From Rhodocyclaceae bacterium (lineage in GTDB: Bacteria; Pseudomonadota; Gammaproteobacteria; Burkholderiales; CAIKXV01): DNA of 64,000 nt. How positions within the stretch are numbered: position 1 is the first letter of the stretch; every line of letters begins with the position of its first letter. This document shows positions 1-9,106 of the stretch, piece by piece. Both the position numbers and the translations under genes were made by a program. The DNA is taken from positions 103,473 to 167,472 of the forward strand of contig JADCHX010000004.1 in the NCBI GenBank assembly GCA_020248265.1, written 5' to 3'. The notes under the pieces were generated by a model that ran no database searches, was not told where the DNA came from, and saw only the letters and a list, made by a program, of their open reading frames with translations.

Positions 1-81
1 GCCGAATTCAGGGTGGAACTGGCAGACCAGATCCGGAAGTACGCCGAGCTGGTGAAGGCGGCGAAGATCGAGCCGCAGTGA
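1..81 (+). CDS. Bug/TctC-family periplasmic solute receptor, C-terminal end (5' part outside window)
   Basis: Frame 1 from nt 1 reads AEFRVELADQIRKYAELVKAAKIEPQ, then TGA at 79-81. Same C-terminal pattern as the other Bug ORFs here (e.g. AEIAKYAKLVKAVGITPE). Confidence 0.6.
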   Translation, partial: AEFRVELADQIRKYAELVKAAKIEPQ

Positions 82-115
82 CCCGCAGTGTCCATGACCA
101 GGGAGGGGGGAGCGC

Positions 116-592
116 ATGAAGATGAAGGTACGCCGGGTCGTCACCGGCCATGATGCACAGGGCAAGGCAGTGGTTTGCATCGACGAGATCGCGAAGAACG
201 TGCTGTCGCGGCGACAGGGCATCGAGGCTGCCGTGGTCTGGTCGACCGACACCTTCCCGGTCGACAACGACGACGACGAGGACGGCAGCCTGCGTCCGAT
301 GGACACCACGCTCGACAACGGCACCGTGTTCCGCATCGTGCGCTACGAGCCGGGCGTCGTGCCGCGCCGGCATCGCACCGACTCGGTCGACTACGCGGTG
401 GTGATGTCCGGGTCGATCGACATGGAACTCGACGGGCAGACGGTGACGCTGAACGCCGGCGACGTGCTGATCCAGCGCGGTACGATCCACAACTGGGTGA
501 ACCGCGGTACCGAGCCGTGCATGATCGCCTTCGTGCTGGTGTCGGCGAAGCCAGTCACCGTGGGCGGCAAGCCGCTCGAGGCGCACGGCTGA
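116..592 (+). CDS. cupin domain protein
   Basis: 158-aa ORF with a purine-rich SD-like stretch upstream. Cupin barrel motifs HRTDSVDYAVVMSGSIDMELDG and GDVLIQRGTIHNW. Confidence 0.75.
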   Translation: MKMKVRRVVTGHDAQGKAVVCIDEIAKNVLSRRQGIEAAVVWSTDTFPVDNDDDEDGSLRPMDTTLDNGTVFRIVRYEPGVVPRRHRTDSVDYAVVMSGSIDMELDGQTVTLNAGDVLIQRGTIHNWVNRGTEPCMIAFVLVSAKPVTVGGKPLEAHG

Positions 593-645
593 CCGCACAC
601 GCCGCACCCTGCATCGCATCCCAGTCACAAACCGGAGAAACACGA

Positions 646-1503
646 ATGCCCGAGGCCCTTGTCCGCGGCGTCATCCTCAACTACGAAGTCATCGGCAGCG
701 AAGGTCCGTGGATTGCGCTGACCCCGGGCAGCCGTCGCTCGTACCATGAACTGATCCCGCTGTCGAAACAGCTGGCGAAGGACGGCTACCGGCTGCTGCT
801 GCACGACCGCCGCAACTGCGGAGCCTCCGAGGTCGGCATCGAGGGCATCGGTTCGGAGCACGAGATCTGGGCCGACGACCTGCATGCGCTGGCTGGCCAG
901 CTCGGCGCACTGCCGCTGTTCGTCGGCGGTTCCTCGGCCGGTGCGCGGCTGGCGATCCTGTTCGCCCTGCGTCACCCGGAAGCGGTCAGCGGGTTGCTGC
1001 TATGGCGCCTGACCGGCGGCCAGCATGCGGTGCAGAAGCTTGCGCGCCAGTACTATGAGCAGTTTGCCGAGATGGCCAAGGCTGGCGGCATGGCTGCGGT
1101 CTGCGAGTCGGAGCACTTCAAGGCGTGCATTGCTGCACGAGCCTCGAACCGTGAGCGCCTGATGGCGATGGACCCGGCCGAGTTCATCCGCGTGATGGAC
1201 CTCTGGCGCGACAACTTCCTGGCCGCGGCCACGCTGCCGATCGTCGGTGCGACCGAGGAACAGCTGCGCAACCTGAAGATGCCGGTCTGCCTGATCGCCG
1301 GCAACGACAAGGTGCATACGCCGGTGACCGCGCGCAAGGCCGCCAGCCTGCTGCCCAACGCGGTGTTCCACGACGACGTGGTCGAGAAGCATCCGGACGA
1401 CAACCTGCTGAACGACTGGAACCCGGCCGAGTGGCGCAGCAGGGAACCCCGCATCGCCGAACTGTTCCTGGCGCTGATGGCCAAGGCGACCGGACGGTCC
1501 TGA
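646..1503 (+). CDS. alpha/beta hydrolase
   Basis: Internal ATG 646 of track ORF 175..1503, whose upstream part is an Arg-rich shadow. LLLHDRRNCGAS and nucleophile elbow GGSSAG. Confidence 0.75.
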   Translation: MPEALVRGVILNYEVIGSEGPWIALTPGSRRSYHELIPLSKQLAKDGYRLLLHDRRNCGASEVGIEGIGSEHEIWADDLHALAGQLGALPLFVGGSSAGARLAILFALRHPEAVSGLLLWRLTGGQHAVQKLARQYYEQFAEMAKAGGMAAVCESEHFKACIAARASNRERLMAMDPAEFIRVMDLWRDNFLAAATLPIVGATEEQLRNLKMPVCLIAGNDKVHTPVTARKAASLLPNAVFHDDVVEKHPDDNLLNDWNPAEWRSREPRIAELFLALMAKATGRS

Positions 1504-1585
1504 CACGCCGGGGCGAGGATCGCCTCGGACGCGCTGCCGGGGCGCTCGCCTATACTCGAAATCCGCACACGACCGCGATCGCCCC

Positions 1586-2761
1586 ATGGACCACGCACCC
1601 GCCTCTCCCTCGTCCGACGAAACCCGCATGCTGCAGGACCTGGTCGCGAAGTTCGTCGACCACGACCTGATCCCGCTCGAACCGGCCGTCCTGAAGCGGG
1701 AGGCGCAGGGCGAGGGCTACCGGCTGACCGAGGACGAGGAAAAGACGCTGCATGCGCGCTGTCGCGAGCTCGGCCTGTGGGGGCTCGACGTGCCGGAGGA
1801 GTTCGGCGGCGCCAACCTGCCGCTGCTGTCGCTGGCAGCTGCGGAGGAAGAGATGGGCCGTGCCTGCGTGCCGTTCCTGATCCCGCCCGACAGCCCCAAC
1901 CTGCACATGATGCTGGCGGTCGCCTCGCCGATGCAGCGCGAGAAATACCTCGCGCCCTACGCGAAGGGCGAGCTGAGATCTGCGGTCGCGATCTCCGAGC
2001 CGGGCGCCGGCGGCGATCCGGCGGGCATGATCACGCGTGCAGTACGCGAGGGCGACCAGTGGGTGATCAACGGCCGCAAGATCTGGGTGTCGGGCATCCC
2101 GCGCGCCGACTTCATCATCCTGATGGCGCGCACCGGCGAGGGCAGGCGCCAGGACGGCATCTCGGCGTTCATCGTCGAGAAGGGCACGAAGGGCTACATC
2201 ATCGAGCGCGAGATCCCGATGATCGGTGGCCGCAGGACCTACGAGCTGGTGTTCGACGATTGCCGCATCCCGGCAGGCAACCTGCTCGGCGAACTCGACC
2301 GGGGATACGCCCCGATGCAGTTGCGGCTGAACGTGCGCCGCATGCAGATGGGTGCGCGCTGCGTCGGCATGGCACGCCGCGCGCTGGAGATGATGGGCGA
2401 GCATGCCCGCCAGCGCGTGACCTGGGGCGTACGCCTGGCCGACCGGCAGGCGATCCAGTGGTTCGCGGCCGATGCCGCGATGGAAATCCACGCCTGCCGG
2501 CTGATGGTCAACGACCTCGCGGTGAAGCTCGGTGCGGGTATCGACGTGCGCAGCGAGGCATCCATCCTGAAGGTGCGTGCGACCGAAATGGCGCAGACGG
2601 TGCTGGACAACGCGATGCAGACACTCGGCGCGATGGGCATGACGAAGGAACTGCCGCTGCAGCTGATGCACCAGCAGGTGCGCGTGATGCGCATCTACGA
2701 AGGGCCTTCGGAAGTACATCGCAGCGCGATCGGCCGACGGGTGCTGGGGTCGAAGGTCTGA
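1586..2761 (+). CDS. acyl-CoA dehydrogenase family protein
   Basis: 391 aa. ACAD-like motifs AISEPGAGGDPAGM and C-terminal IYEGPSEVHR. Confidence 0.85.
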   Translation: MDHAPASPSSDETRMLQDLVAKFVDHDLIPLEPAVLKREAQGEGYRLTEDEEKTLHARCRELGLWGLDVPEEFGGANLPLLSLAAAEEEMGRACVPFLIPPDSPNLHMMLAVASPMQREKYLAPYAKGELRSAVAISEPGAGGDPAGMITRAVREGDQWVINGRKIWVSGIPRADFIILMARTGEGRRQDGISAFIVEKGTKGYIIEREIPMIGGRRTYELVFDDCRIPAGNLLGELDRGYAPMQLRLNVRRMQMGARCVGMARRALEMMGEHARQRVTWGVRLADRQAIQWFAADAAMEIHACRLMVNDLAVKLGAGIDVRSEASILKVRATEMAQTVLDNAMQTLGAMGMTKELPLQLMHQQVRVMRIYEGPSEVHRSAIGRRVLGSKV

Positions 2762-2780
2762 CGGCGGCCCGCCCGGCCCG

Positions 2781-3431
2781 GTGGATCCCGATACCGCACG
2801 CTACTACCGGCTGAACGCCAGCGACGTCGCCGGCCGCTATGAGGCGGTGGCGAGCCCGGTCGCCCGCTATTTCAGGCTCGCGTTCCCGGAAGGCGGGCGC
2901 GTGCTGGACGTGGGCGCGGGTTCCGGTCGAGACCTCGCCGAACTGCTCGCGCTCGGCTACGACGCCTGGGGGACCGAACCGGTGGACGCGATGGCAGAGG
3001 CCGCACGAGCCGCCCATCCGCAACTGGCTGGCCGCCTTGCCGACGTTGCTTTGCCAGCCCTCGGCCAGCCGTTCGGCGGGCAGTTCGACGGCATCCTGTG
3101 CAGCGCGGTGATGATGCACCTGCCCGAGGCAGACCTGTTCGACGCGGCATTCGCGCTGCGCAACCTGTTGCGCCCGCATGGCCGGCTGCTGCTGTCGCTG
3201 CCGCTGTCGCGCGGCGACGTGGCTGGAGGCGAACGCGGCGCCGATGGGCGGCTGTTCAAGTCGTACGCACCGGAGTACCTCCAGCTGCTGTTCGAGCGCA
3301 TCGGGTTCCAGCAGGTCGGCCGCTGGGACAGCGACGACGCGATGGCGCGTGCCGGGACGCGCTGGTACATGCTGCTGCTCGAACTGCGCATCGGCGGGCC
3401 GATCCACGCGCCTCGGCCTGGAGTACAGTAA
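2781..3431 (+). CDS. class I SAM-dependent methyltransferase
   Basis: 216 aa with a GTG start. Motif I VLDVGAGSGRD. Follows the ACAD gene after 19 nt. Confidence 0.7.
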   Translation: MDPDTARYYRLNASDVAGRYEAVASPVARYFRLAFPEGGRVLDVGAGSGRDLAELLALGYDAWGTEPVDAMAEAARAAHPQLAGRLADVALPALGQPFGGQFDGILCSAVMMHLPEADLFDAAFALRNLLRPHGRLLLSLPLSRGDVAGGERGADGRLFKSYAPEYLQLLFERIGFQQVGRWDSDDAMARAGTRWYMLLLELRIGGPIHAPRPGVQ

Positions 3432-3482
3432 TGCCCGACCGACCCGGCACAGACCGGGCGGCCCACACCGAGGAGGAGCGTC

Positions 3483-4466
3483 ATGCCAGGACCGCACCGT
3501 TCAACGGCTGCCGTGGTGCCAGCCGCTGCCATCGTACTTGCCGCCGCATGCCTGCCTGCAATCGCCCAGGACTATCCGGCGAAACCGATCCGCATGGTCG
3601 TGCCGTTCGCGCCCGGCGGCAACACCGACATCATCGCGCGAGCGATCGCACCGGGCATGGCCCAGGACCTCGGCCAGCCGGTGATCATCGAGAACCGCGG
3701 TGGCGCCGGCAGCACCCTGGGCACTGCGATCGGTGCGAAGGCACCACCGGACGGCTATACGCTGCTGATGGTTTCCAGCGCGCACGTGATCAACCCGGCG
3801 GTTCGCAAGAGCCTGCCCTACGACTCGGTGAAGGACTTCGCGCCGGTGACGCTCGTGGCCGACGTGCCGAACGCCCTCGCGGTGCACCCGTCGGTGCCGG
3901 TGAAGGACGTGCGCGGGCTGATCGCGTTCGCCCGCAAGCGCCCGGGTGAGCTCACGTATGCGACGCCGGGCGCCGGCACCTCCTCCCACCTGGCGGTCGA
4001 GATGCTCGCTGCCGCCGAGAAGCTCAACCTTGTCCAGGTCCCCTACAAGGGGGTCGGCCCGGCCACCGCGGATGTCGTCGGTGGCCATGTACACATGATC
4101 TTCTCGAGCATGCCGGCGTTGATCGAGCACGTCAGGGCGGGCCGGTTGCGAATGCTGGCCCAGGCTGGCATGAAACGGACATCGGCCGCGTCCGACGTGC
4201 CGACCATGATCGAGGCCGGCTACAAGGACTTCTTCGTATCCAGCGGTTTCGGCATGTTCGCGCCCGCCGGCACGCCGCGGCCGATCATCGATCGCATCAA
4301 CGCATCGGTGCGCAAGGTGCTCTCCGACCCGACCGTGCGCAAGCAACTGGACGGGCAGGGTGCCGAGCCGGTCGGTAACTCGCCGGACGAATACGGCCGC
4401 TACAACCGCGCCGAGATCGAGCGCTGGGCGGCGGTGGCTCGGCAGGCGAATGTGCCGATGGAGTGA
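3483..4466 (+). CDS. Bug/TctC-family periplasmic solute receptor
   Basis: 327 aa. Signal peptide, then YPAKPIRMVVPFAPGGNTD and VPYKGVGPATADVVGGHV. Confidence 0.85.
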   Translation: MPGPHRSTAAVVPAAAIVLAAACLPAIAQDYPAKPIRMVVPFAPGGNTDIIARAIAPGMAQDLGQPVIIENRGGAGSTLGTAIGAKAPPDGYTLLMVSSAHVINPAVRKSLPYDSVKDFAPVTLVADVPNALAVHPSVPVKDVRGLIAFARKRPGELTYATPGAGTSSHLAVEMLAAAEKLNLVQVPYKGVGPATADVVGGHVHMIFSSMPALIEHVRAGRLRMLAQAGMKRTSAASDVPTMIEAGYKDFFVSSGFGMFAPAGTPRPIIDRINASVRKVLSDPTVRKQLDGQGAEPVGNSPDEYGRYNRAEIERWAAVARQANVPME

Positions 4467-4589
4467 CCGATCACTACCTTGCCCGCAGATGGCCCTGAAA
4501 TCGGGTCGCTTGCCACGCTACTTGCGATGGCTGCAGCTGACGGATGTACGTACCATGCACGCATAGGTGTGCACACCAAGGAGCGATTC

Positions 4590-4856
4590 ATGGGTGCAGT
4601 GGTCAGCAGGGTGTTCCGCAACGGGAACGGTCAGGCGGTACGGATTCCGCAGGAGTTCCGCCTTGATGCGACCCGTGTCGAGATCAGTCGCAATGGTGAA
4701 GGCGACCTCGTCCTGAAGCCGCTGGCGGAAGATCGTGGCCAGGCGCTGCTGGATGCGCTCGGGGCGTTCGATGACGACATGACGGCAGAGTTCACCGCGC
4801 TCGTGTCTGCGGATCGCAAGGAACAGGTGCCGGTCCAGGAGCGTGATGCGCCTTGA
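4590..4856 (+). CDS. vapB: AbrB/SpoVT-type antitoxin (VapB-like)
   Basis: ATG 4590 preceded by AAGGAG. RVFRNGNGQAVRIPQEFRL is the typical swapped-hairpin antitoxin N-terminus. 88 aa. Confidence 0.7.
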   Translation: MGAVVSRVFRNGNGQAVRIPQEFRLDATRVEISRNGEGDLVLKPLAEDRGQALLDALGAFDDDMTAEFTALVSADRKEQVPVQERDAP

Positions 4857-4861
4857 ATTAC

Positions 4862-5058
4862 ATGCTGCATACGGACACGCTGATCTATTTCATCAGGAAC
4901 AAGCCGCGCGCCTGAAGGCCGATGGGAGGCTCATCGGTGGCAACGACCTGTGGATCGCGAGTCATTCTCTCGCGGAGGAGGCGACGCTGGTCACCAGCAA
5001 TGTCGGCGAATTTCGCCGGATCCAGGGACTGCAGGTGGAGGACTGGGCTGGCAGGTGA
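4862..5058 (+). pseudogene. vapC: PIN-domain toxin VapC remnant (internal deletion plus frameshift)
   Basis: ATG 4862 reads MLHTDTLIYFIRNKPRA, then TGA at 4913-15. A different frame (track ORF 4843..5058) holds the VapC C-terminus LIGGNDLWIASHSLAEEATLVTSNVGEFRRIQGLQVEDW. The central ~60-70 residues are missing. Confidence 0.6.
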
Positions 5059-5098
5059 ACCAGCGGCTGTGAGCCAGCCCAGCGGGGCATGGACTTGG

Positions 5099-5911
5099 TC
5101 AGCAGAACCTTGGCGCCAGCTTCAGGTTGTGGCCTGGATAGGCGCGTGCGGTCTGCAGCAGTTTCATGTTGGCCATCGCGAGCGCCATCTCGATGCCGGC
5201 GGGCAGCGTGCGGATGATCGGGATTTCGCCGTATCCCTTGTCATCGAGCCGCTGGCGGATGCCGTCGGCCATCGCCTGCAGGTGTTCGCACGACAGGATG
5301 ACCGAATCGGCGCGGTTCTCGTCGACCGCCGCGATGCATTCGGCTGCGAGGTCGTCCATGATCTTCATCAGGCCGGGATCCTGCAGACGTCCAGCCCAGT
5401 TCTCCTTGTACTTCGCGAGCAGCAGGTAGGACTCCGTCGACGTGTGCATAGGGATGCGCACGCTGACCAGCTTGTCGCCGAAGCCGTACTTCCGGGCGAG
5501 GTGGCGCACGATCAGCGAGGAAGACGGCACGGTGTGGATCTCGCTCGTTCGTTCGCCGATCAGCGAGGCCACATGCAGCGCCGCGTGGATCGCTCCGGTC
5601 ACGGCCACCTTGTCCTGCATCACCACGCGCGCCGCGATGAAACCCGGATCGATCCCGCCCGTAAGGACGATGCCGTCGTACTTGCCGCTGAGCCCGTAAT
5701 GCTTGACGCGGTTCACGATGCCGACATTGATGACCGCCAGGACTTCTTCGTCGCGCGTCTCGGAGGCGCTGTCGACCATGTAGCCTTCGTCCACGTCGAC
5801 CTCGACACCCTGCAATGCGCCGGTGCTGCGATAGTCCTCGATGAGGTAACGCAACACCCATCCCCATTCGACCGCGGGGTTCCGGTACGGTGGTATGGCA
5901 ACCAGCCTCAT
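5099..5911 (-). CDS. Asp/Glu/hydantoin racemase-family protein
   Basis: 270 aa. Overall resemblance to the racemase/hydantoin racemase fold (GIVLTGGIDPG, VILSCEHL). Lies 42 nt downstream of a Bug gene on the same strand. Confidence 0.5.
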   Translation of the reverse strand: MRLVAIPPYRNPAVEWGWVLRYLIEDYRSTGALQGVEVDVDEGYMVDSASETRDEEVLAVINVGIVNRVKHYGLSGKYDGIVLTGGIDPGFIAARVVMQDKVAVTGAIHAALHVASLIGERTSEIHTVPSSSLIVRHLARKYGFGDKLVSVRIPMHTSTESYLLLAKYKENWAGRLQDPGLMKIMDDLAAECIAAVDENRADSVILSCEHLQAMADGIRQRLDDKGYGEIPIIRTLPAGIEMALAMANMKLLQTARAYPGHNLKLAPRFC

Positions 5912-5953
5912 CTTCCAGCTCCTTTCGTGCGTCGGGATTCTTCTAACGACCTG

Positions 5954-6928
5954 TCACTCGGCCTGGGCGATGCCTTCGGCCTTGATCACCCGGATCCATT
6001 TGTCGATCTCGGTGCGGATGAACGCTGCGAATTCCTCGGGCGCGCTGACGACGGGCGTATTGCCTGTCCTCACCAGGCGCGAGGCGGTGTCGGTCTGGGT
6101 CAATGCACGGCGCGATTCCGCATGCAGCCGCTGCACGATCTCGACCGGTACGCCGGCGGGGCCGTACAGTCCGTACCAGCCGGACACGTTGTAGCCGGGT
6201 ACGCCCGACTCGGCGATCGTCGGTACATCGGGCAGTTCACTGAACCGGCCCAAGCCAGTCAGCGCAATGCCGCGCAATCGGCCGGCTCGGACGGGCTCCA
6301 GCAAGCCCGTGGTACTTGCGATCACGAATTCGATCTCGCCGCCGAGCAGCGCAGCGGTGGACGGGCCTGCGCCCTTGAACGGCACGTGTGTCCAGCGGAT
6401 GCCCGCCATGGACTGGAACAAAGCGCCGGCCAGGTGGTTTATTCCGCCCGTCCCGGAGGACCCGTAGTTGAGCTTTCCCGGGTGCTGTTTCGCCAGCGTA
6501 ATCAACTGTCCGACGGTCTTCACGGGCACCGACGGGTGCGCCGCCAGCATGAACTGTCCTTCGGTCAGCTGCGACACGAAGGTGAAATCCTTGATGGGAT
6601 CGTACGGCAGCTTCGCTCGCATTCCGGGGTTGATCGAGAACTCCGGCGCCGAGACGAGCAGGGTGTAGCCGTCGCCCGCGGTCTTGGCGACGAGGGTGGT
6701 GCCCGCGACTCCACCGCCTCCCGGGCGGTTGTCGACGATGAATGGAACACCCGTCTGCTCGCCGAGCTTCTGTGCGAGCAGGCGCGCCACGGTGTCCACG
6801 CCTCCGCCAGGTGCGAAAGGGACGATGATGCGGACGGGTCGTACGGGCCATCCTTGAGCCCAGGCCGGGAGGGCCAGCAGGCAGGCAAGGACCAGCCCCG
6901 CGCCGGACAACAATCGACGTCGGGTCAT
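5954..6928 (-). CDS. Bug/TctC-family periplasmic solute receptor
   Basis: 324 aa. Signal peptide ending PAWA, then WPVRPVRIIVPFAPGGGVD and VPFKGAGPSTAALLGGEI. Confidence 0.85.
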   Translation of the reverse strand: MTRRRLLSGAGLVLACLLALPAWAQGWPVRPVRIIVPFAPGGGVDTVARLLAQKLGEQTGVPFIVDNRPGGGGVAGTTLVAKTAGDGYTLLVSAPEFSINPGMRAKLPYDPIKDFTFVSQLTEGQFMLAAHPSVPVKTVGQLITLAKQHPGKLNYGSSGTGGINHLAGALFQSMAGIRWTHVPFKGAGPSTAALLGGEIEFVIASTTGLLEPVRAGRLRGIALTGLGRFSELPDVPTIAESGVPGYNVSGWYGLYGPAGVPVEIVQRLHAESRRALTQTDTASRLVRTGNTPVVSAPEEFAAFIRTEIDKWIRVIKAEGIAQAE

Positions 6929-6997
6929 CGTAAGCCTCCTTGGGTGCTCCCCGCCTTCGTCGTTGGCTCTGCTGGCCGCGAGGCAGTGGACGCAGGA

Positions 6998-7011
6998 GAA
7001 GTCTAGACTTC
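6998..7011. promoter_or_regulatory. perfect 14-bp palindrome GAAGTCTAGACTTC in the divergent Bug/LysR intergenic region (candidate operator)
   Basis: Self-complementary by inspection. Sits between divergent starts 6928 and 7066. A second inverted repeat, TTCATT-N6-AATGAA (7053-7070), overlaps the first candidate LysR ATG. Confidence 0.35.
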
Positions 7012-7065
7012 GTCATGGCAGGTCCGCCATGCACTGCACTCGATACCCACTATTCATTTGAAAGA

Positions 7066-8022
7066 ATGAACATGCAGGCGATGGATCGCAGCGAATTGCG
7101 TCTGCTCCGCGTCTTCCGCATCCTGATGACGGAACGCAGCGTTTCGCGTGCGGCCGAGCGACTGGGCTTGAGCCAGCCGGCGATGAGCCACGCGCTGCAA
7201 CGACTGCGCGTGATGTTCGACGACCCGCTGCTCCTGCGATCGAGCAAGGGTATGGTGCCGACGGAACGCGCCAGCCAGATCATCGGCGTCGTCGATGGCC
7301 TGCTGGCAGACTACGACCGCCTCGTTTCGCCGCAGGGGCTGTTCGATCCCGCGCTTTCGCAGCGACGTTTCGTGCTGACCGCACCCGAGTATGCAGAGCA
7401 CCTGCTGCTGCCACTATTGTTCAAGCACCTGCGTGAAAATGCACCGGGCATCAGCGTGGAGGTGCGCACCCCCGACCGCGATCGGGGTCCGATGTGGCTC
7501 GAGCGGGGCGAGGTCGACCTGCGCATCGCCTGGATCCTGAAGCCGCCACCCTCGCTACGCTCGACGCCGCTGTTTCAGGACCGCATCGTCTGCATTGCCG
7601 ATCGCGATCATCCGACCGTGCACGGCGCGCTGTCGCTGGCGCAGTACCTTGCGCTGCCACATATCCGGTTGCTCGGCGGCGGGCGAACGACGGCAGGCCA
7701 GGTGATTGACGGGGCGATCGAGAAGGCCGGTGGCGGCTCGCGGCCGATGTTCCTCGTGCAGAATGTGTTGACCATACCGCTGATGGTCGTCGGCACCGAC
7801 ATGATCGCCACGCTGCCCCAGGCGCTTGCGGCACGCTTCAGGCAGCAGCATCCTGTGCAGGTGCTTGATGTGCCATTGCCATTGCCGCGGGTACGGTACG
7901 CGGCGTACTGGCATGAACGCAGCCATCGCGACGCCGGACACCGGTGGCTGCGCAGTGCAGTGGCGCTGGCTGCAAAAGGATGCATCGAGGCGCCGATGGA
8001 CCCTGCCGGCGCGAGGACATAG
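7066..8022 (+). CDS. LysR-family transcriptional regulator
   Basis: HTH LRLLRVFRILMTERSVSRAAERLGLSQPAMSHALQRLR. Start is ATG 7066, 7072 or 7081. Divergent from Bug gene 5954..6928. Confidence 0.85.
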   Translation: MNMQAMDRSELRLLRVFRILMTERSVSRAAERLGLSQPAMSHALQRLRVMFDDPLLLRSSKGMVPTERASQIIGVVDGLLADYDRLVSPQGLFDPALSQRRFVLTAPEYAEHLLLPLLFKHLRENAPGISVEVRTPDRDRGPMWLERGEVDLRIAWILKPPPSLRSTPLFQDRIVCIADRDHPTVHGALSLAQYLALPHIRLLGGGRTTAGQVIDGAIEKAGGGSRPMFLVQNVLTIPLMVVGTDMIATLPQALAARFRQQHPVQVLDVPLPLPRVRYAAYWHERSHRDAGHRWLRSAVALAAKGCIEAPMDPAGART

Positions 8023-8043
8023 ACTCCAGCGACCGAGTTTGTC

Positions 8044-9051
8044 GTGTCGAAGCAAACTGCGATGTCCCTGTCCAGATCCCTTGCCGTACTGCTGACGCTG
8101 CCCTGTGCCGCCTTCTTTCAGGCGCAGGCGCAGACGCAGACTTTGAGCCCCGCTACCTGGCCCGACCGCCCGCTCCGCCTGATCGCCCCGGTCTCCCCCG
8201 GCGGCGGCGGCGACTTCTCCGCGCGGCTGCTGGCGAAGTCGCTGGCCGCGTCGCTGCGCCAGCCGGTGGTGGTCGACAACCGCCCCGGCGGTGGCGGCGT
8301 GCTGGGTACGGCACTGGCCGCGCAGGCCCCGGCCGACGGTTACACGGTGCTCTGGGTGTCCGGCTCGCATGCGATCAGTGCCGCGTTCGAGCGCAACCTT
8401 CCCTACGATCCGGTGAAGTCGTTCGATCCGGTCGCGCTGTTCGCGAAGCTGCCGTTCATCCTGGTGGTGAGCCCGACGCTGAACGTCTCCACGCTGCCGG
8501 AACTGCTTGCCCGGCTGCGAGCGAACCCGGGCAAGCTCAACTATGCCAGCAGCGGCATCGGCAGCATCTCGCACGTCGGGCTCGAGATGCTCAAGCTGAT
8601 GGCGAAGGTCGACATGGTCAACGTGAACTTCAAGGGCGCGGCCCCGTCGATCGCGGCGCTGTTGTCCGGGGAGGTCCAGATGGCGATGCTCGGCCCGCTG
8701 TCGGTGAAGCCGCAGATCGCCAACGGCCGGCTGCGGGCGCTGGCGGTGAGCACTGCGAAGCGCTCACCCGCATTGCCTGGCGTGCCGACCTTCGCGGAAT
8801 CCGGCGTGCCGGGCTACGAGATCGCATCCTGGTACGGCATGGTCGCACCGCGCGGTACGCCCCGGGCTGCGATCGAACGGCTCAACGCGGCGATCAACGC
8901 GGCCGCGGACGAGCCCGTGGTGCGCGAGGCGCTCGCCGAGGAGGGCGCCGAACTGGTGAAGGGCACGCCGCAGGCGTTCGACGCCTTCCTGCGCGCGCAG
9001 GTCGCGCAGTTCGTCGCGCTGCGTGGCAAGGTCGACCTCCAGCTGCGCTGA
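8044..9051 (+). CDS. Bug/TctC-family periplasmic solute receptor
   Basis: 335 aa with a non-ATG start. WPDRPLRLIAPVSPGGGGD and NFKGAAPSIAALLSGEV. Confidence 0.85.
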   Translation: MSKQTAMSLSRSLAVLLTLPCAAFFQAQAQTQTLSPATWPDRPLRLIAPVSPGGGGDFSARLLAKSLAASLRQPVVVDNRPGGGGVLGTALAAQAPADGYTVLWVSGSHAISAAFERNLPYDPVKSFDPVALFAKLPFILVVSPTLNVSTLPELLARLRANPGKLNYASSGIGSISHVGLEMLKLMAKVDMVNVNFKGAAPSIAALLSGEVQMAMLGPLSVKPQIANGRLRALAVSTAKRSPALPGVPTFAESGVPGYEIASWYGMVAPRGTPRAAIERLNAAINAAADEPVVREALAEEGAELVKGTPQAFDAFLRAQVAQFVALRGKVDLQLR

Positions 9052-9106
9052 CGCGATTGCGGCAAAGGCTGTACCGTAGCGATGGAACGCATCCCGGAGC
9101 CCCAGC

